From Balanoglossus misakiensis (lineage: Eukaryota; Animalia; Hemichordata): a stretch of DNA of 64,000 nucleotides. The notes under the pieces are model-generated. The model was not told the DNA's origin. It searched no databases and saw nothing but the letters and a program-made list of their open reading frames with translations. Below are positions 51,701 to 64,000 of the stretch, piece after piece (the first letter of the stretch is position 1; every line of letters begins with the position of its first letter). The stretch is from NCBI GenBank assembly GCA_040954595.2, contig CM082591.2, positions 7,802,047 to 7,866,046 on the forward strand, written 5' to 3'. The position numbers were made by a program, and so were the translations under genes.

Positions 51701-51847
51701 TCAAGAATTACATTGTATTTCTGATGTAAGTCTTTTTGAGTGTGTTCGTGTGTTTCTGTCACATGGGGAAGACGTCATGGTTGAGGACAGAAAGAATAAT
51801 AAGACTGTCACAATATATCACCAACTTCAATACAACATACCTCTTAA

Positions 51848-52533
51848 GGTGGCATATTGCATGAAAAGTTGTGATTTCTGCCAAATTTTACTTTTTTACA
51901 TAAATCGGTAGGTCTAATACTGATCCACATCTTGATTAATACGTCTTGGCAGATATGGTGCATAATCACCCAAAAATAGCACTTTTCTGAATCAGTCCAC
52001 AGCTTAACAAATAGGTGTCAACAATGCAGATGGCCGTTTTTCTCAGTTTGCATTTTCGCTGCTCTTGACAACTTCAGAAGAATTTAGCTTCGCTCTGCGT
52101 GGGCCGAATTTGCTCAAATTTTAACAGAGGATTGTGTATGACCCATCCAACAAAACGGATTTTTTTAAGCGATATAGTGTCCCTGGCGGGAATAAACTCT
52201 GATTCAATACAACTCACTGTGAATTTGTTACTCCTCAATGGAAGCAGATAACGCAAAACAAAATTACAGTTTTTTTGCAGGTGTACTCTAGTTTCGAATG
52301 ACATATTAAGATGCATGATGCATGGTCAATTTTTTTACCTAAATTAAATTGAATGACATAATATCAAAAAAAAAAATGTTATCCCAAAAACGCCTCCATT
52401 TCCGTTGCAACTCAAAAAACAAAAGTTCAAAAACTCAGCTTCCAGAATATATATGGTTTATTGGGGTTTTAACGTTGTCTTTGATGAGAAATAGGCCTCT
52501 GAAAAAGTCTCGACGGTTTCATGCAATGCCACC
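51848..52533. mobile_element. TTAA-specific (Kolobok-like) non-autonomous element
   Basis: TIR GGTGGCATATTGCATGAAA / TTTCATGCAATGCCACC with TTAA on both sides. Confidence 0.75.
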
Positions 52534-54399
52534 TTAATTTTGTAACAGAGTGGTTGATTCCTTCACAAGGTAGAACTTCAATTCATGGTTCACTGCCAAA
52601 GCTACAGTAGGTTCAATTGTCATAAACAGGAGAAATCTCTGAGTCTGGTTCCAAGTACCACAGAGCTGCTCAGTACTTGTCACATACCTGTGTTGTAGAT
52701 GTGATATCAGAGTTTGGAATCTCTTTGCCACCACCCATTAACAACATGTCACCTACCAGGGCTATATGTATTCAGTGTACTCAGTAAAAAACAAGATAAT
52801 AAATCATCAGCTCCAGTAGTACATACCTCTCAAAACGGTTGTTGCAGAGTGGTTGATTCCTTCCCTAGTTAGATCTTCAATCCAGGTACATCTGAAATAA
52901 AATTAGTGATATTAGTCGCATGTAAATACATGTATATTGGTATTCACAATATTCACAATATTCTGGTCATCTTTCAAGCCAAGAAAAATTTTGGGCGCTT
53001 AATTGTCAAGTTATTTCCAATAGAATTCTTTAAAGGTGTGTTTCTGTTACATGAAAATGAAAAAGGTGTGGCTTTAGCTGGAGGACTGAAAGAAAAAGAC
53101 AGAAAATCACACCAAGTTCAATGCAACATTACCTCTTAGTGTTGTAACAGATAAGTTGATTCCTTCACCAGGTAGAAATTCTGTCCTGAGGCACACAACT
53201 GTATCAGGAGCTCTGCGGGTGACATGATCACCGGGAAAAAATGGCAGAAAAGTCACTGAGTCAGATTTTTTGTACCTCGAGATACCAAGCACGATTGTCA
53301 TGTGATCTGAGTAAATATCTGTGTTGTACATCTAGTCTGGTCTCTGTCAAAGTTCAACTGACATCGTCCATTTAGAACATGTCAGCTATTGAAGTTCAGT
53401 TATTAACTTAGAAAATGTTTCACTGCAACTAACTAAAACTTCATCAAATGTTTTAAATATTCTTTGGTGACTGCAACTTTGTCATCTTCTATTCAATTCA
53501 AATAAATTTCTTTCTGTTGAATTTCCATTTAATGTTTGTTAACAGGACAGTTGGATATATGAGGTAAAGGTCAGATAAGGTCTATTGCAGATAAAGCCAG
53601 TTGCAACAGTTAAGGATGTACGTGCAGAACATAACTGATAAAGAGTGCATGTGTGTCTTTTTTCCGTAGGATTACATTAATAATTGCTGGAAAACAAACT
53701 ACTATTTTCACAAAATTTTACCTGTAGACAAACCATTGGTGGAAAATGCTGAGTCAGCAGTTTTCTTCTATCATTGACTAAATTCATGGTTCTGTATTTT
53801 CATAACAAGTGCGGTGACCCTATCTGTGACAAGATTCCAAATTGACAACAACAGGTATGAATAATACCAACAAGTAGAGTATTAATGGTTTATTTTTTGC
53901 AATGAATCAAGTAGTACCTGAAATATTCACATATTCCACCAAATCAAAGGTGGCTGGTCGCTTTCATAAATGTAAAAAATAAAGGTTTGGACTGATTGTA
54001 CTTTGTACTTTGCCATGAAAGGATTGAAGTCTGTCATGTGAAGGGGGGGGGGATAACCGTGTTAGCGCTGGGTTTTGAAATTTATTAGCCAATGTAGCTA
54101 ATAGTTTCATTTTTTGATTAGCCACACTTTTTTGTACAAAAATATTGTTTCTCGTGTGAATTTTCATCTTGTTGTGCATGTTCATTAAATTAAACAGTCA
54201 ACACATTTCTCTCGTGTTTGCAGAGTTTTATTTCCAATATTCAATGAACATTCATACCGTACTATTCCACTCTATAATTATGCATCAATGTCCTTTTCAT
54301 TTAACAAAGAGGTGAATTTTTTCTACATGGGAAGCAACATTTTCAACAGATTCAAGGATGCTGTCTACATCACAATCATCATTCTGCAAGGAAGCATTG

Positions 54400-56495
54400 T
54401 GCCTTTCTACGCTAGTCATCATATTAGAGAAAGCAGATCTAGTCCTTCATGTTAATCCACACATGAAATGCCGACTCTTTGCATAGCCTTACACAATCTT
54501 GCTTACAATCCAATGGCATCAGCTGCAAAGTATGTCATGGCAATAAACTGGTATATGTTGCAACTCGTTTTAACATCCCTGCTGCTAAATCTTTGTGGTT
54601 AGAATCCTTTGCAATTTGTACTAACCATGAAATTACACTGTCTAAGCAACCAACAAGAGCATCTACACAACCACTGAATGAAAGCCATCGAGTGAAAAGC
54701 ACTTGTTTGATTTTTTTGGCTGCCGATTCACCATTATCAGCTTTGCTCATTTCAAGCATTCTGAGTAATTTAGGCGAAAAACTTTTAACAATTTACCCAT
54801 CTTATTCAGGTCACGTATGTATTTAATCAGGTATGGCACCTGATTTGCTGCTTTCTCACTTGCAAGTGCTAGTCTATGTGCCAACCAATGATTTGCAACA
54901 AGAAAAGGGTTGTGTTCTCTAAAATCTGGTTGTAACACCTGTTTTCACTCACCTCATGACACTTGCTCCGTCCGTGGCAAGACATATTAAATTGGCAGGA
55001 TTGAGTTGTTTATCAACCAGGCTAGTTATACTTTGCGAAACAGCGAAACGAAACAGCGAAACGACGAAACCATTATTAAAATAGGGGCCAGTCATCAAGA
55101 CGGTGGCGTATGATTTTTTTAAAAGTTTCCAAATTAAAACGTAAGCGAGCCAAGAAAACTACATGTCAGATAAATTGTTTTCTCGGAAATTCAACATTAG
55201 AATCAAATTTGGCGTTGGAAACAAACGGCGGGTCGCCAGTTCCTGGTCTGCGGCCTGGTACTAGTGGTTGCGCGCCAAAAAAGAATCCCGCCCCAAAAGG
55301 TCAATGTACGAGTATATTCACAGGGCTAAGGATTAGTTGAAACAAAGCAGTAGTGTCCGTAAGCTTTCGAGGGTCAAACACTGATGGGGGGTAAGAGTAG
55401 TAGTTATATATAGAAACACATGTAACTCACACAACACAGTATCATTGTCGAAATTTCTTTATTATCTTACTAGTAATTGCAATTCATGCCTCCCCGCCTT
55501 GTGGTATTTAAGGAAATAGTGTCAGTTGCTGCCGCATTTTGAGGTTTCGATCTTTTGTGGTTTCGTTGTGCGCGCGCGTATATTCACTGTGTGTATGTAG
55601 CAGTTTGGCATGAATCGTTTGCGCGCACACGACGTCGACTCTACCACTACATAGTACCAGGCCGCAGACCAGGAACTGGCGACCCGCCGTTTGTTTCCAA
55701 CGCCAAATTTGATTCTAATGTTGAATTTCCGAGAAAACAATTTATCTGACCTGTAGTTTTCTTGGCTCGCTTACGTTTTAATTTGGAAACTTTAAAAAAA
55801 ATTCATACGCCACCGTCTTGATGACTGGCCCCTATTTTAATAATGGTTTCGTCGTTTCGCTGTTTCGTTTCGCTGTTTCGCAAAGTATAATTAGCCTATC
55901 AACCAAAAGACTAGAAATGACGTCATAAATATCTAAAGCAGTACAACCCTCTAATTTATTCACACTTAGAAAATGTGATTCCACTTCGCCATCTACATTT
56001 ACAAATCTAACATAAATCATCAAAGTGGTAAAGATGACATGCATCATCTAACTGTACTGCATACACTTTGAATGGACAGTTTTTAATGTTAGATAAAATC
56101 TCCTTCTCAATGACGGTCTTGATCGAATCATAGAAATCATCCAGACACTCGTGATGCGTGTAGTAATATTTAGACCCATGCTCCAGAAGTTGCAAAGATT
56201 CACACCCCCGTGGTCATTTTATAAAAATGAAATTGATAATCACTCATCTTTTTTTCATTCTTCCACTGTTAGATTTGCTGCCAGCAAACATCTTTTTTCG
56301 TTCTTCCACTGTTAGATTTGCTGCCAGCAAACCAGTCTTGCAGCGTGATATGAGAAGTGCAACTTCTTCGGCATATGGCAAGGTCAAAGATAGTATTATT
56401 GCCCAGTTACGGACAGTACGTGGTATACTATGGCCAAAGAGCAGTTGTCTACTAGGAAAATGGAAGCTTTGATGGAGTTGCAGGTATTAAATGTA
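54400..56495 (-). pseudogene. Degenerate hAT transposase (ZNF862-like family)
   Basis: Minus-strand fragments YAVQLD, IYVRFV, ATDGASVM, NHWLAHRLALA and TRWLS; N-terminal piece (56330-56495) is on the opposite strand. Confidence 0.7.
55020..55896. mobile_element. Mutator (MULE)-like foldback element
   Basis: ~245-bp near-perfect TIRs starting GGCTAGTTATACTTTGCG; 9-bp TSD TATCAACCA. Confidence 0.88.
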
Positions 56496-56789
56496 GGTGG
56501 TGGGTTTATGGGCTTTAGCCTTATTTAATCTATAAATTCTGTTTTTGTTCTTCAGACTGTCATGCATAATATGTGTTACATAAATATTTCTGTCTATTCA
56601 TTTTCATTTTCTTAACCAATCACAAATACCGTTTTACATCTCCCTTCAAACTCATTGTTGACCTGACCACCTCATGCAGTTAAAATGACCTATGACCTTG
56701 GTAGTTTGACCCTTGACTTGTTATGGTAGTTGGTTCATGACAATATCATCAGGGCAAGGTGGCTAAATCAGAACATTGTTTTTCACATC

Positions 56790-59700
56790 TAAACCAGACA
56801 GAATGATTACTATAACTTTGGGTTATCATTAATTACACTGTGCAAAGACATGTCGTATATGTTAAATGGCAGAAAGGAAGATTCTGATAAAAGGGGAATT
56901 TACTTGTATTTCAAATGAAGGGCAAAGTGTTGTAGACTATGTACTTGTATCACGAGATTTATTCTCCAGTGTAATGTCGTTTTCGGTACCGATACGAGAT
57001 GAATCGGACCATTTACCTGTATGTTGCACCTTCAAAGTAAATATTCAATATAAGTGTAAAGTACACAGTAGTACTCTAGTCAAAACTGTACGTTGGCGAA
57101 ATGAGTATAGTTGTTACAAGAATTCAAAGAAAACCTCAGCTCTGGCGAAAATAGAGATTTTTTGCACAACTTGCGGTTTGTAAATGACCTGGGCTTTAAC
57201 GATGATGTTGAGGGGGTGACGCATGTTTTGAAAAGTGCTGCGAAAGATATGTTTTCTTTGGTTAGACGAAATCACAGAGATTACCACTGCAGAATGGATT
57301 GGTTTGATTCTGAGTGTTCGAAGTCAAAAACAAATATGCGGAAAAGTTTACAGAGATTTTGTAACTCAGGTTTAAAAAAGGATTTTGATAATTATAAGAG
57401 GGAAACAAGTTGTTGTAAAAACTTGACACGCTGTAAAAAGCGAGAATATGACGAGAAAGAACAGGTTTTAATAAGAAGAAATATGACAGATGAAAAGAGT
57501 ATTTGGAGTGTAATTAAACTAAGGAAACGTGGTCATCGGCAGCACGGTTTAATATCACTGGACGAATGGCTGACATATTTTTCGACGCTTTTTGAAGTGT
57601 CAGTAGAGGATACAACCTTAAATTCAGTTTTTATAAGCGAACTGGATAAGTTCCTAAATGAGTTTGATCCATTTAGGGTACATGAGTCGATAAATGGTAA
57701 TTTAATGTTCTCGAATATTTTGAATGGTATGATTACTGATGATGAGATTCTGAAGGCCATCAGTAAGCTTAAGAACAATAAATCAGCAGGGCCTGATATG
57801 TTAGTAGCAGAATTCTTTAAGAATTCAACAGATATTCTGTTACCCTTCCTAAATAAATTGTACAATGTTATTTTTGATCAGGGTGTGTTCCCACGGAGTT
57901 GGGCAATTGGTACAATTGTGCCTATTTTCAAGAATAATGATCCTAGCAAACCTGATAATTATAGAGCTATTACACTGCTAAGTGTTTTTAGTAAAATTTT
58001 CACGAGTATTCTTAACAAACGCATAAAAGAGTGGGCAAATCAGAGCGAGTCTATCCCAGAATGCCAAGCGGGGTTTCATAAAGGCTATTCAAAGGTGGAC
58101 CCCTTTTTTACATTATACGCAATAATCCAGAAATCGCTACTGGGAAGAGGAAAGAAATTGTACAGTCTTTATATTGATTTTGAGAAAGCGTTCGACTCTG
58201 TTGACAGAACCCGTCTTTTGTATAGACTTGCCTTGGATGGCATTGATGGGAAAATGTATGAAATGCTGAAAGCTATGTATGCCGATGTGAAAGCCAGTGT
58301 GAGGGTTGCTGATGTTACTTCAGATCTGTTTGATTTGCAGAAGGGCGTTCGTCAAGGCTGTTTGTTAAGTCTGATTTTATTTAGCTTTTATATAAATGAG
58401 CTTGTAAACGTGTTGGAGAATTCTAGATTAGACGGAATTCAGTTACTTCCAAATGATGCTCTCCACTTATTTCTTTTATTATATGCTGACGATATTGTTT
58501 TGTTTTCAAACTCAGTTGTTGGCTTAAAAAGACTTACTGAAATCCTGTATGATTTTACTATGAAATGGAAAATGAAGGTTAATTTATCAAAAACAAAAGT
58601 GGTTGTATACAGGAAAGGTGGGTACCTTAGTAGATATGAGCGTTGGTTTTTCGGTGGACAAGAGCTAAAAGTTGAAAGCGCCTACAAATATCTTGGTCTA
58701 GTTATTTCTACCAAAATTTCATTAGCGGTAACTATGAAAAATATGGCTGTAAAAGCCAGGAAAAAATGTTTACACTTGGAAAATATATTAAGAACATGAA
58801 AGACTTACCTCCAGAAATGTATTTAAAAAAATTGATGTTTTTATTTTACCCGTACTTAGTTACGGGTCAGAAGTATGGGGTTTTCAACCATATGAACATT
58901 TGAAAAGAGTTCACTCATTATATTGCCGGCGATTTTTAGGTGTGTCAAATAGCACACCAAGATGTACAGTTCTGGGAGATTGTGGTAGATTACCTTTATT
59001 CTGTTATAATGTAAAAAGATGTGTTAAGTACTGGATCCATATACTAGAAATGTCAGAGTCACGACTTCCACATAAAGCATATAAAATGTTACTTGAAAAA
59101 GACAAACAAGGAAAACATACATGGGCTACCGATGTGAAAAATTTGTTGTTTTGGTATGGCCTAGGGCACGTGTGGCTAAATCAAGGTGTAGGTGACACAG
59201 ATATTTTTCTGTCAGAATTTATAACAAGAGTAAATGATGTAAAAAGGCAGGAATGGTGGTCGGATGTAAGTACAAATGAGAAAACAAACTATTACAGGAA
59301 TTTCAAAACAGATTTAACACTCGAACTGTATATTTCATGTATTGATTTTTTCAAGTATCGCCGAGCCTTGGCAAGATTTAGATGTGGAAGCCATCGACTA
59401 GAAATTGAAACTGGGCGTCACAGACAAATAGACAAGGTGTTGAGGATCTGTAAATTTTGTCAGAAAGATATAGAAGATGAATATCATTTTCTGTTAGTAT
59501 GCCCTTTCTGGGATTTTTTGAGGAAAAAGTACCTGCCATGTGAATTTTACAGGTCACCTTCCCTATACTCTTTAAAAACTTTAATGGAGACAAAAGATGT
59601 AAATCAAATCAAGAATTTAGCTTTATTTATCTTTCATGCGTTCAGAGTTAAAGAAGCAGAGTGAGCGTTAGAATTGGTTGGTTGTTTGTGTGTTTGTTCT

Positions 59701-59830
59701 TCTTTCCTCATGACATGTTATTATAATTCAGTCTTAGGACAGTGTCACTTGAACGACTTCAAGATTCTGTATTCATATAAGGGGCCGGAGGCCTACATTA
59801 TGCAGAAATAAATTATTATTATTATTATTA
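56790..59830 (+). mobile_element. 5'-truncated non-LTR retrotransposon (APE-RT with C-terminal Zn finger; RTEX-like)
   Basis: Endonuclease end (SVVDY..SDHLP), RT (DFEKAFDSV, GVRQG, YADD, YKYLG), LEIETGR..CKFC..EDEYHFLLVC, then AATAAA and a (TTA)n tail; frameshifted. Confidence 0.9.
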
Positions 59831-62527
59831 TATAGTGTTAGTCTGTGGGCCCAACCAGCAAAAAAGGGTTCTAGAAATGTCATTATGTTGTATAGGAGTT
59901 TTGTTCTACATGAAATTAGCTTGAAATGACGGGTGGGAAACTATTGATGTGAAATCAGGTCACTTCTACCGAAAATGATGGACCAGAGAGCAGTGACTAT
60001 TTTAAATTATTTCATATACTATGTTCACAACTGCTATGCTCCCATAAACTGGGAAACTAAATGATTGAACTTTCTGTTTGAATAATTCATGTATTTTTTT
60101 GCTACCACCTACACTACTATAGTCAGTACATGACAGTATATATACTTGAATATGGAGAAATTTTTATCAAACCACTTCAGCTGATCTTGAATGCTGTCTG
60201 ATATATTTTTTTTTCAAAATATATTTCTTTCACTTTTAGACTAGTACTTCTACTTGCACTGAGGGAACTGAGGGTGAAAGGGTTAACAAAGCTTACTGGA
60301 GCTTGAAAGAAATGACAGTCCAATAATTGAATTCTTTGATTCAATTTTAGATTCCACCAACCATTGAACAACCAGAGGCTTATGATGAAGTGAGAGAGGT
60401 TCTGGAAAGTATTGGACTTACAAAAGTCAGTCGGCCAACTCTTTAGAACATTGTGTCGTGCGATCACAAAAAGTACATGGTGTGTAATTGCTGTGTCCAA
60501 GATCTATGGAAGATGGATAGCATCGTGAATACACTGTCAAGAATGCCGATTTTCTGATCTGAACAAGATGGATGGAAAATCGTCCTCAATGCACATCATG
60601 ACTACGGGTGAAAATCTGTAGACATCTCTCGTCATCTTATTCATCATTTTGATTTTGCACACAAACAAATACTGCTGTGTTCACTATGGTTTGGTCCAAC
60701 TCCATTGTTCTCTGTGCCAGTTCTGGACCTTTCTACTGGGCATAGGGGTGAAAGGGTTAAAGCTGATAAAAAAGCAACATTTGCATTGATCTACCAATCT
60801 GATATTTGATTATTCTTCGATGTCAAATGACGTCAGACACATTCAGGAGCAGTTCTGTTGGCATTAAAATTTCCAGCTGACGGGCAAATTCTGCAACATG
60901 GTACAGATGACGAATGTGCAGACGAAATGCCATGAGGCTGATGAGGCACCATGCCTGATCATGGTGATATACTGTAAAACACTTTATTTTCGCGAGCATT
61001 AAATTTACGCTAAATACGCGAGAGCCAAAAAAACGCGAAAATAAAGGCTCGCGTATGTAACGGCCTTGTTGATCCATTGAATTTGTATACATGTATATCT
61101 GTATGTATGTTATACCTGTATCTTATAGTAATTAGTTATTCAATTATTCATATGACGTAATAGTACTTACCTTCAATTGGTTGATCTTAATTATATGCAA
61201 ACCACCTGGAAGTTTCATTTGACCAATGAACACAAGCTAATCTGGCACTATGATGTAATTGCTGATATAAAAGGACATGGTGCATAAAATTGGTCAGTTC
61301 ACCTCTGTAGCCAGACCGGCCACACACGTTGGAACTGACATGTATTTGTTCCATTTCAGTTATTAAATGTAAGGCCTATGTCTTTGTTACCCGTAACCTG
61401 TTTGGTGTGAATATGTTGGAATGAACGGCGACAACCGTGACAAATGGCGTAGTCGGCAGGATTTGGCAATTCCTACGCAAGTTCTTTTTTCGGGACGGAG
61501 AGGATGATACTGACAAGTGCCATGTTTTAACTGGTCAGAAGTGTCTGGACAACGGACAACGCCCAACCAGGTGTGTCTTTCGCTGAGCTGGACGTCCTTG
61601 GGGAGCCACCCGGACTGCAGACAGACGGGAGCCAGGTCCAAGCGTCAACGGCGAGGAAAATTCTCTGCAGAGTGCCAAGTGGTGAAGTCGCTGAACTGTT
61701 ACCGGCCGGAACTGTTTAGTGTGAAGTGTTCATCGCGGTATACAAGGTATTGTGTGTCCAGAACTTGACAGTGTTATTCCGTGCGAACTATAGACAGTGC
61801 GCATAAATTCCGTCCGTGGCGCATAGTTTCCATCTGTGATAACTTCGGACTTGAACTTGTGGACTGGGTATTTTATTGCAAACGAACTTTCTGGTTATTC
61901 GCCGTAGAACCTGGTGTAACGTAATGTTTGTAAATTTTTCTTAGAAATTTCAATATTGTCTATATAATGCAATGTGGTCAAAGTAGTTTTGACTTTGATT
62001 TAATTGTTGAAGTGGGCTCCATGTGGATATAAACCCCTGTTTTGTTGCCTTTAGCCTGCTTTAAACGAAAAAAATATATATATATAAATTTTATTTTCTT
62101 TCAACAGTATATTTTGGTTAAGTGCTGAAGTATAATTTTCTTTGTAAATTTCAGTTCATTATTTTCCAAACGACGTGGAAAAAAAAATTGTCAGCACTTG
62201 TTGGAAAAAAAAATATTAAGTTATAAGTTAAATATTGTATATTGACTTGAGTTAGTTTATTATTGTATTAGTTATTTAGTTGTTTCATTATTATTGAGAC
62301 TGTCCATGAATGGTCGTATTCATCCAAATCATACATTAGTCTCTATAGAACCTTTGGCAGTGTCTGTAAACTATTCTATGCTTAGTCCATTCCCTGTTAA
62401 CGTATGTGCTATGCCAGTAGATACTGATATTATTGTTAAGATTTTCCAGTGAAATAGCTTGCATTGCATCGTATTTAACGACACGTCAGAATCCTCCCAA
62501 ATTGCCTTTCATTTTCTGGGGAAAAGA

Positions 62528-63952
62528 ATGGCTGTGTCCAAAATATCAATTCAAGAGCGAAGCATTTATGTGCAACACTTGCCTTTTGAATGTACAAAGA
62601 AAAATTTTAGTGAATTTATCGAGTTACAGCTTGGTTTGGCCCAGGTTGATCAAATTTATATTTCTGATAAAGATTCCGCTTTTGTCATATTTGAGAATAT
62701 AGAATCAGCCACAGCCGCTCTGCCAGTAATACATAAAAGCACTTTTGAAGAAAGCAAATTACGGGCAAGTCGTGTGACCACAGCCCGAGGGTTGGAACTG
62801 TGGCATTTAATTGAGGAAACCGAACAAAGTACTGGCCTAGATTACAATGAAACCAGTGATCCCAAAACATCCAAACCCAAAGCAGATGTACAGGAAATTA
62901 TTAACATGTTGAGTTTACTGTCTGAAGCAGATAGGAAAGCGGTTGCACAGGCCATATCACCTGCTCCACTGAAACCAATCGTATCAACCCCTATGCCACA
63001 GCCGATTCCATTTCCAGCATTTCCAGTACCAACTTCAGTTGCAGATTCTTCACCATTTATTATGTCTTCACCTGCCCAAGCAGCTGCTGCACAGCCAGCC
63101 ACAGCCACTACTGCTTTTCACTCGGTGGAATTCCCAAGAATAGTCGTCTTCTCTGGCAAAGGTGATGTCACTTATGAAATGTGGCGATATGAAGTTCGAG
63201 CACTACAGAGGGAGAATGTGTTTCCGGAGACCATAATTATGCAGGCTGTTCGGAAATCCCTACGAGCGTCCGCTGCTGAAGTCCTACTACATATGGGAGA
63301 AGACATCACAGTGTCCCGATTGATGGCGAAGATGGACATGGTCTTTGGGAAAGTATTGCCACCGGAAGCAGTTTTGGAAAAATTCTATACAGCACGACAA
63401 ACGAAGACAGAAAAGGTAGCAGAATGGGCCTGTCGCATCGAAGGACTTTTGGATGAACTCAGATCAGGTCAGTCCATCTCTAGTAATTCAGAAGAAACCA
63501 TGCTTCGAACCAAATTCTTTTCTGGCCTGTCAGATGAGCACATTAAGAATGCAATCAGACACCGATATGATACGGGAGAAGATTATTCAGGATTGTTGCT
63601 AGCCGCAAGAAAGCTTGAAGTAAATAGGGAGACCACTACCAGGGTTCACCAAGCAACTGTTGCTGACAAGACGATGATAACCAAATTGGAGGAACTTACC
63701 AAAGGTCTGAAGAACTTAGCTGAGAAGGTTGCTGAACTAGAGAAGCGAACTTCAACATCATCAACTCCAGAGTCTACTTTTCGCCGACGTGTCAACAATG
63801 AAAATGGCCGGGATCGGCGTGGCAACGATGGAACTCGCCAACCCAAACAAGTTTTCCCAGGCAACTGCTTCAAGTGTGGTGAACATGGACACAAAAAGAC
63901 AGACTGTCCTTTAAATGGGGAGCGACCAGGCATCCGGAGGGACATGCGCTAG
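62528..63952 (+). CDS. PNMA-like Gag with N-terminal RRM and C-terminal CCHC knuckle
   Basis: RNP2/RNP1-like IYVQHL and SAFVIF; capsid-like FSGK..YEMWRYEV..IMQAVRKSLR..F...RQ...E.V..W..R; CFKCGEHGHKKTDC; intact ORF. Confidence 0.88.
   Translation: MAVSKISIQERSIYVQHLPFECTKKNFSEFIELQLGLAQVDQIYISDKDSAFVIFENIESATAALPVIHKSTFEESKLRASRVTTARGLELWHLIEETEQSTGLDYNETSDPKTSKPKADVQEIINMLSLLSEADRKAVAQAISPAPLKPIVSTPMPQPIPFPAFPVPTSVADSSPFIMSSPAQAAAAQPATATTAFHSVEFPRIVVFSGKGDVTYEMWRYEVRALQRENVFPETIIMQAVRKSLRASAAEVLLHMGEDITVSRLMAKMDMVFGKVLPPEAVLEKFYTARQTKTEKVAEWACRIEGLLDELRSGQSISSNSEETMLRTKFFSGLSDEHIKNAIRHRYDTGEDYSGLLLAARKLEVNRETTTRVHQATVADKTMITKLEELTKGLKNLAEKVAELEKRTSTSSTPESTFRRRVNNENGRDRRGNDGTRQPKQVFPGNCFKCGEHGHKKTDCPLNGERPGIRRDMR
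63910..63916 (+). other. -1 ribosomal frameshift heptamer T TTA AAT
   Basis: In gag frame (CCT TTA AAT); the -1 frame FKWGATRHPEG...VIDSLIG is open to the window end; hairpin CGACC..GCAT..ATGC..GGTCG about 6 nt downstream. Confidence 0.75.
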
Positions 63953-64000
63953 GTCGGAACGGTAACAGTCCCTCTAATGTTATTGATTCTTTAATAGGCC

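Larger units (their letters stand above)
61056..64000 (+). mobile_element. Gypsy/Ty3 LTR retrotransposon, 5' part (continues beyond the window)
   Basis: TGTAACGG start abruptly follows a MITE-like sequence; long leader, gag, -1 frameshift into an open pol frame; LTR end and PBS not identified. Confidence 0.75.

Overview
Eukaryotic, AT-rich, intron- and transposon-dense DNA. The repeat families and gene content suggest an invertebrate deuterostome, probably a hemichordate (inference). (1) On +, five clean coding exons of ZNF143/Staf (3638-7457) encode only the N-terminal activation repeats. No zinc-finger exons were seen; the next exon is a lone, out-of-phase 99-nt GNPTAB exon (8934-9032), so this is probably a rearranged duplicate. 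(2) A complete but defective BEL/Pao LTR element (17905-24653). (3) On -, a ~2000-aa, 12-exon gene (36906-25031): four tandem 140-aa half-glycosyltransferase repeats, a full but atypical GT-B/GT4 domain, a TRADD-N-like domain, coiled coil, four tandem 63-nt mini-exons and an NHL propeller. It has an immune-receptor-like architecture and two apparent lesions. (4) An ALOG-type, PAT-like DIRS retrotransposon with split direct repeats (37042-43480), in which one splice donor is in phase with acceptors in front of both the RT and the recombinase ORFs. (5) Nested DNA transposons and LINEs (Harbinger-, P-, hAT-, MULE-, Kolobok- and Helentron-like; L2; RTEX-like). (6) A Gypsy element with an intact RRM-PNMA-like gag and a -1 frameshift site, running off the right end. 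All calls were made by eye from recalled family motifs; no database searches were run.
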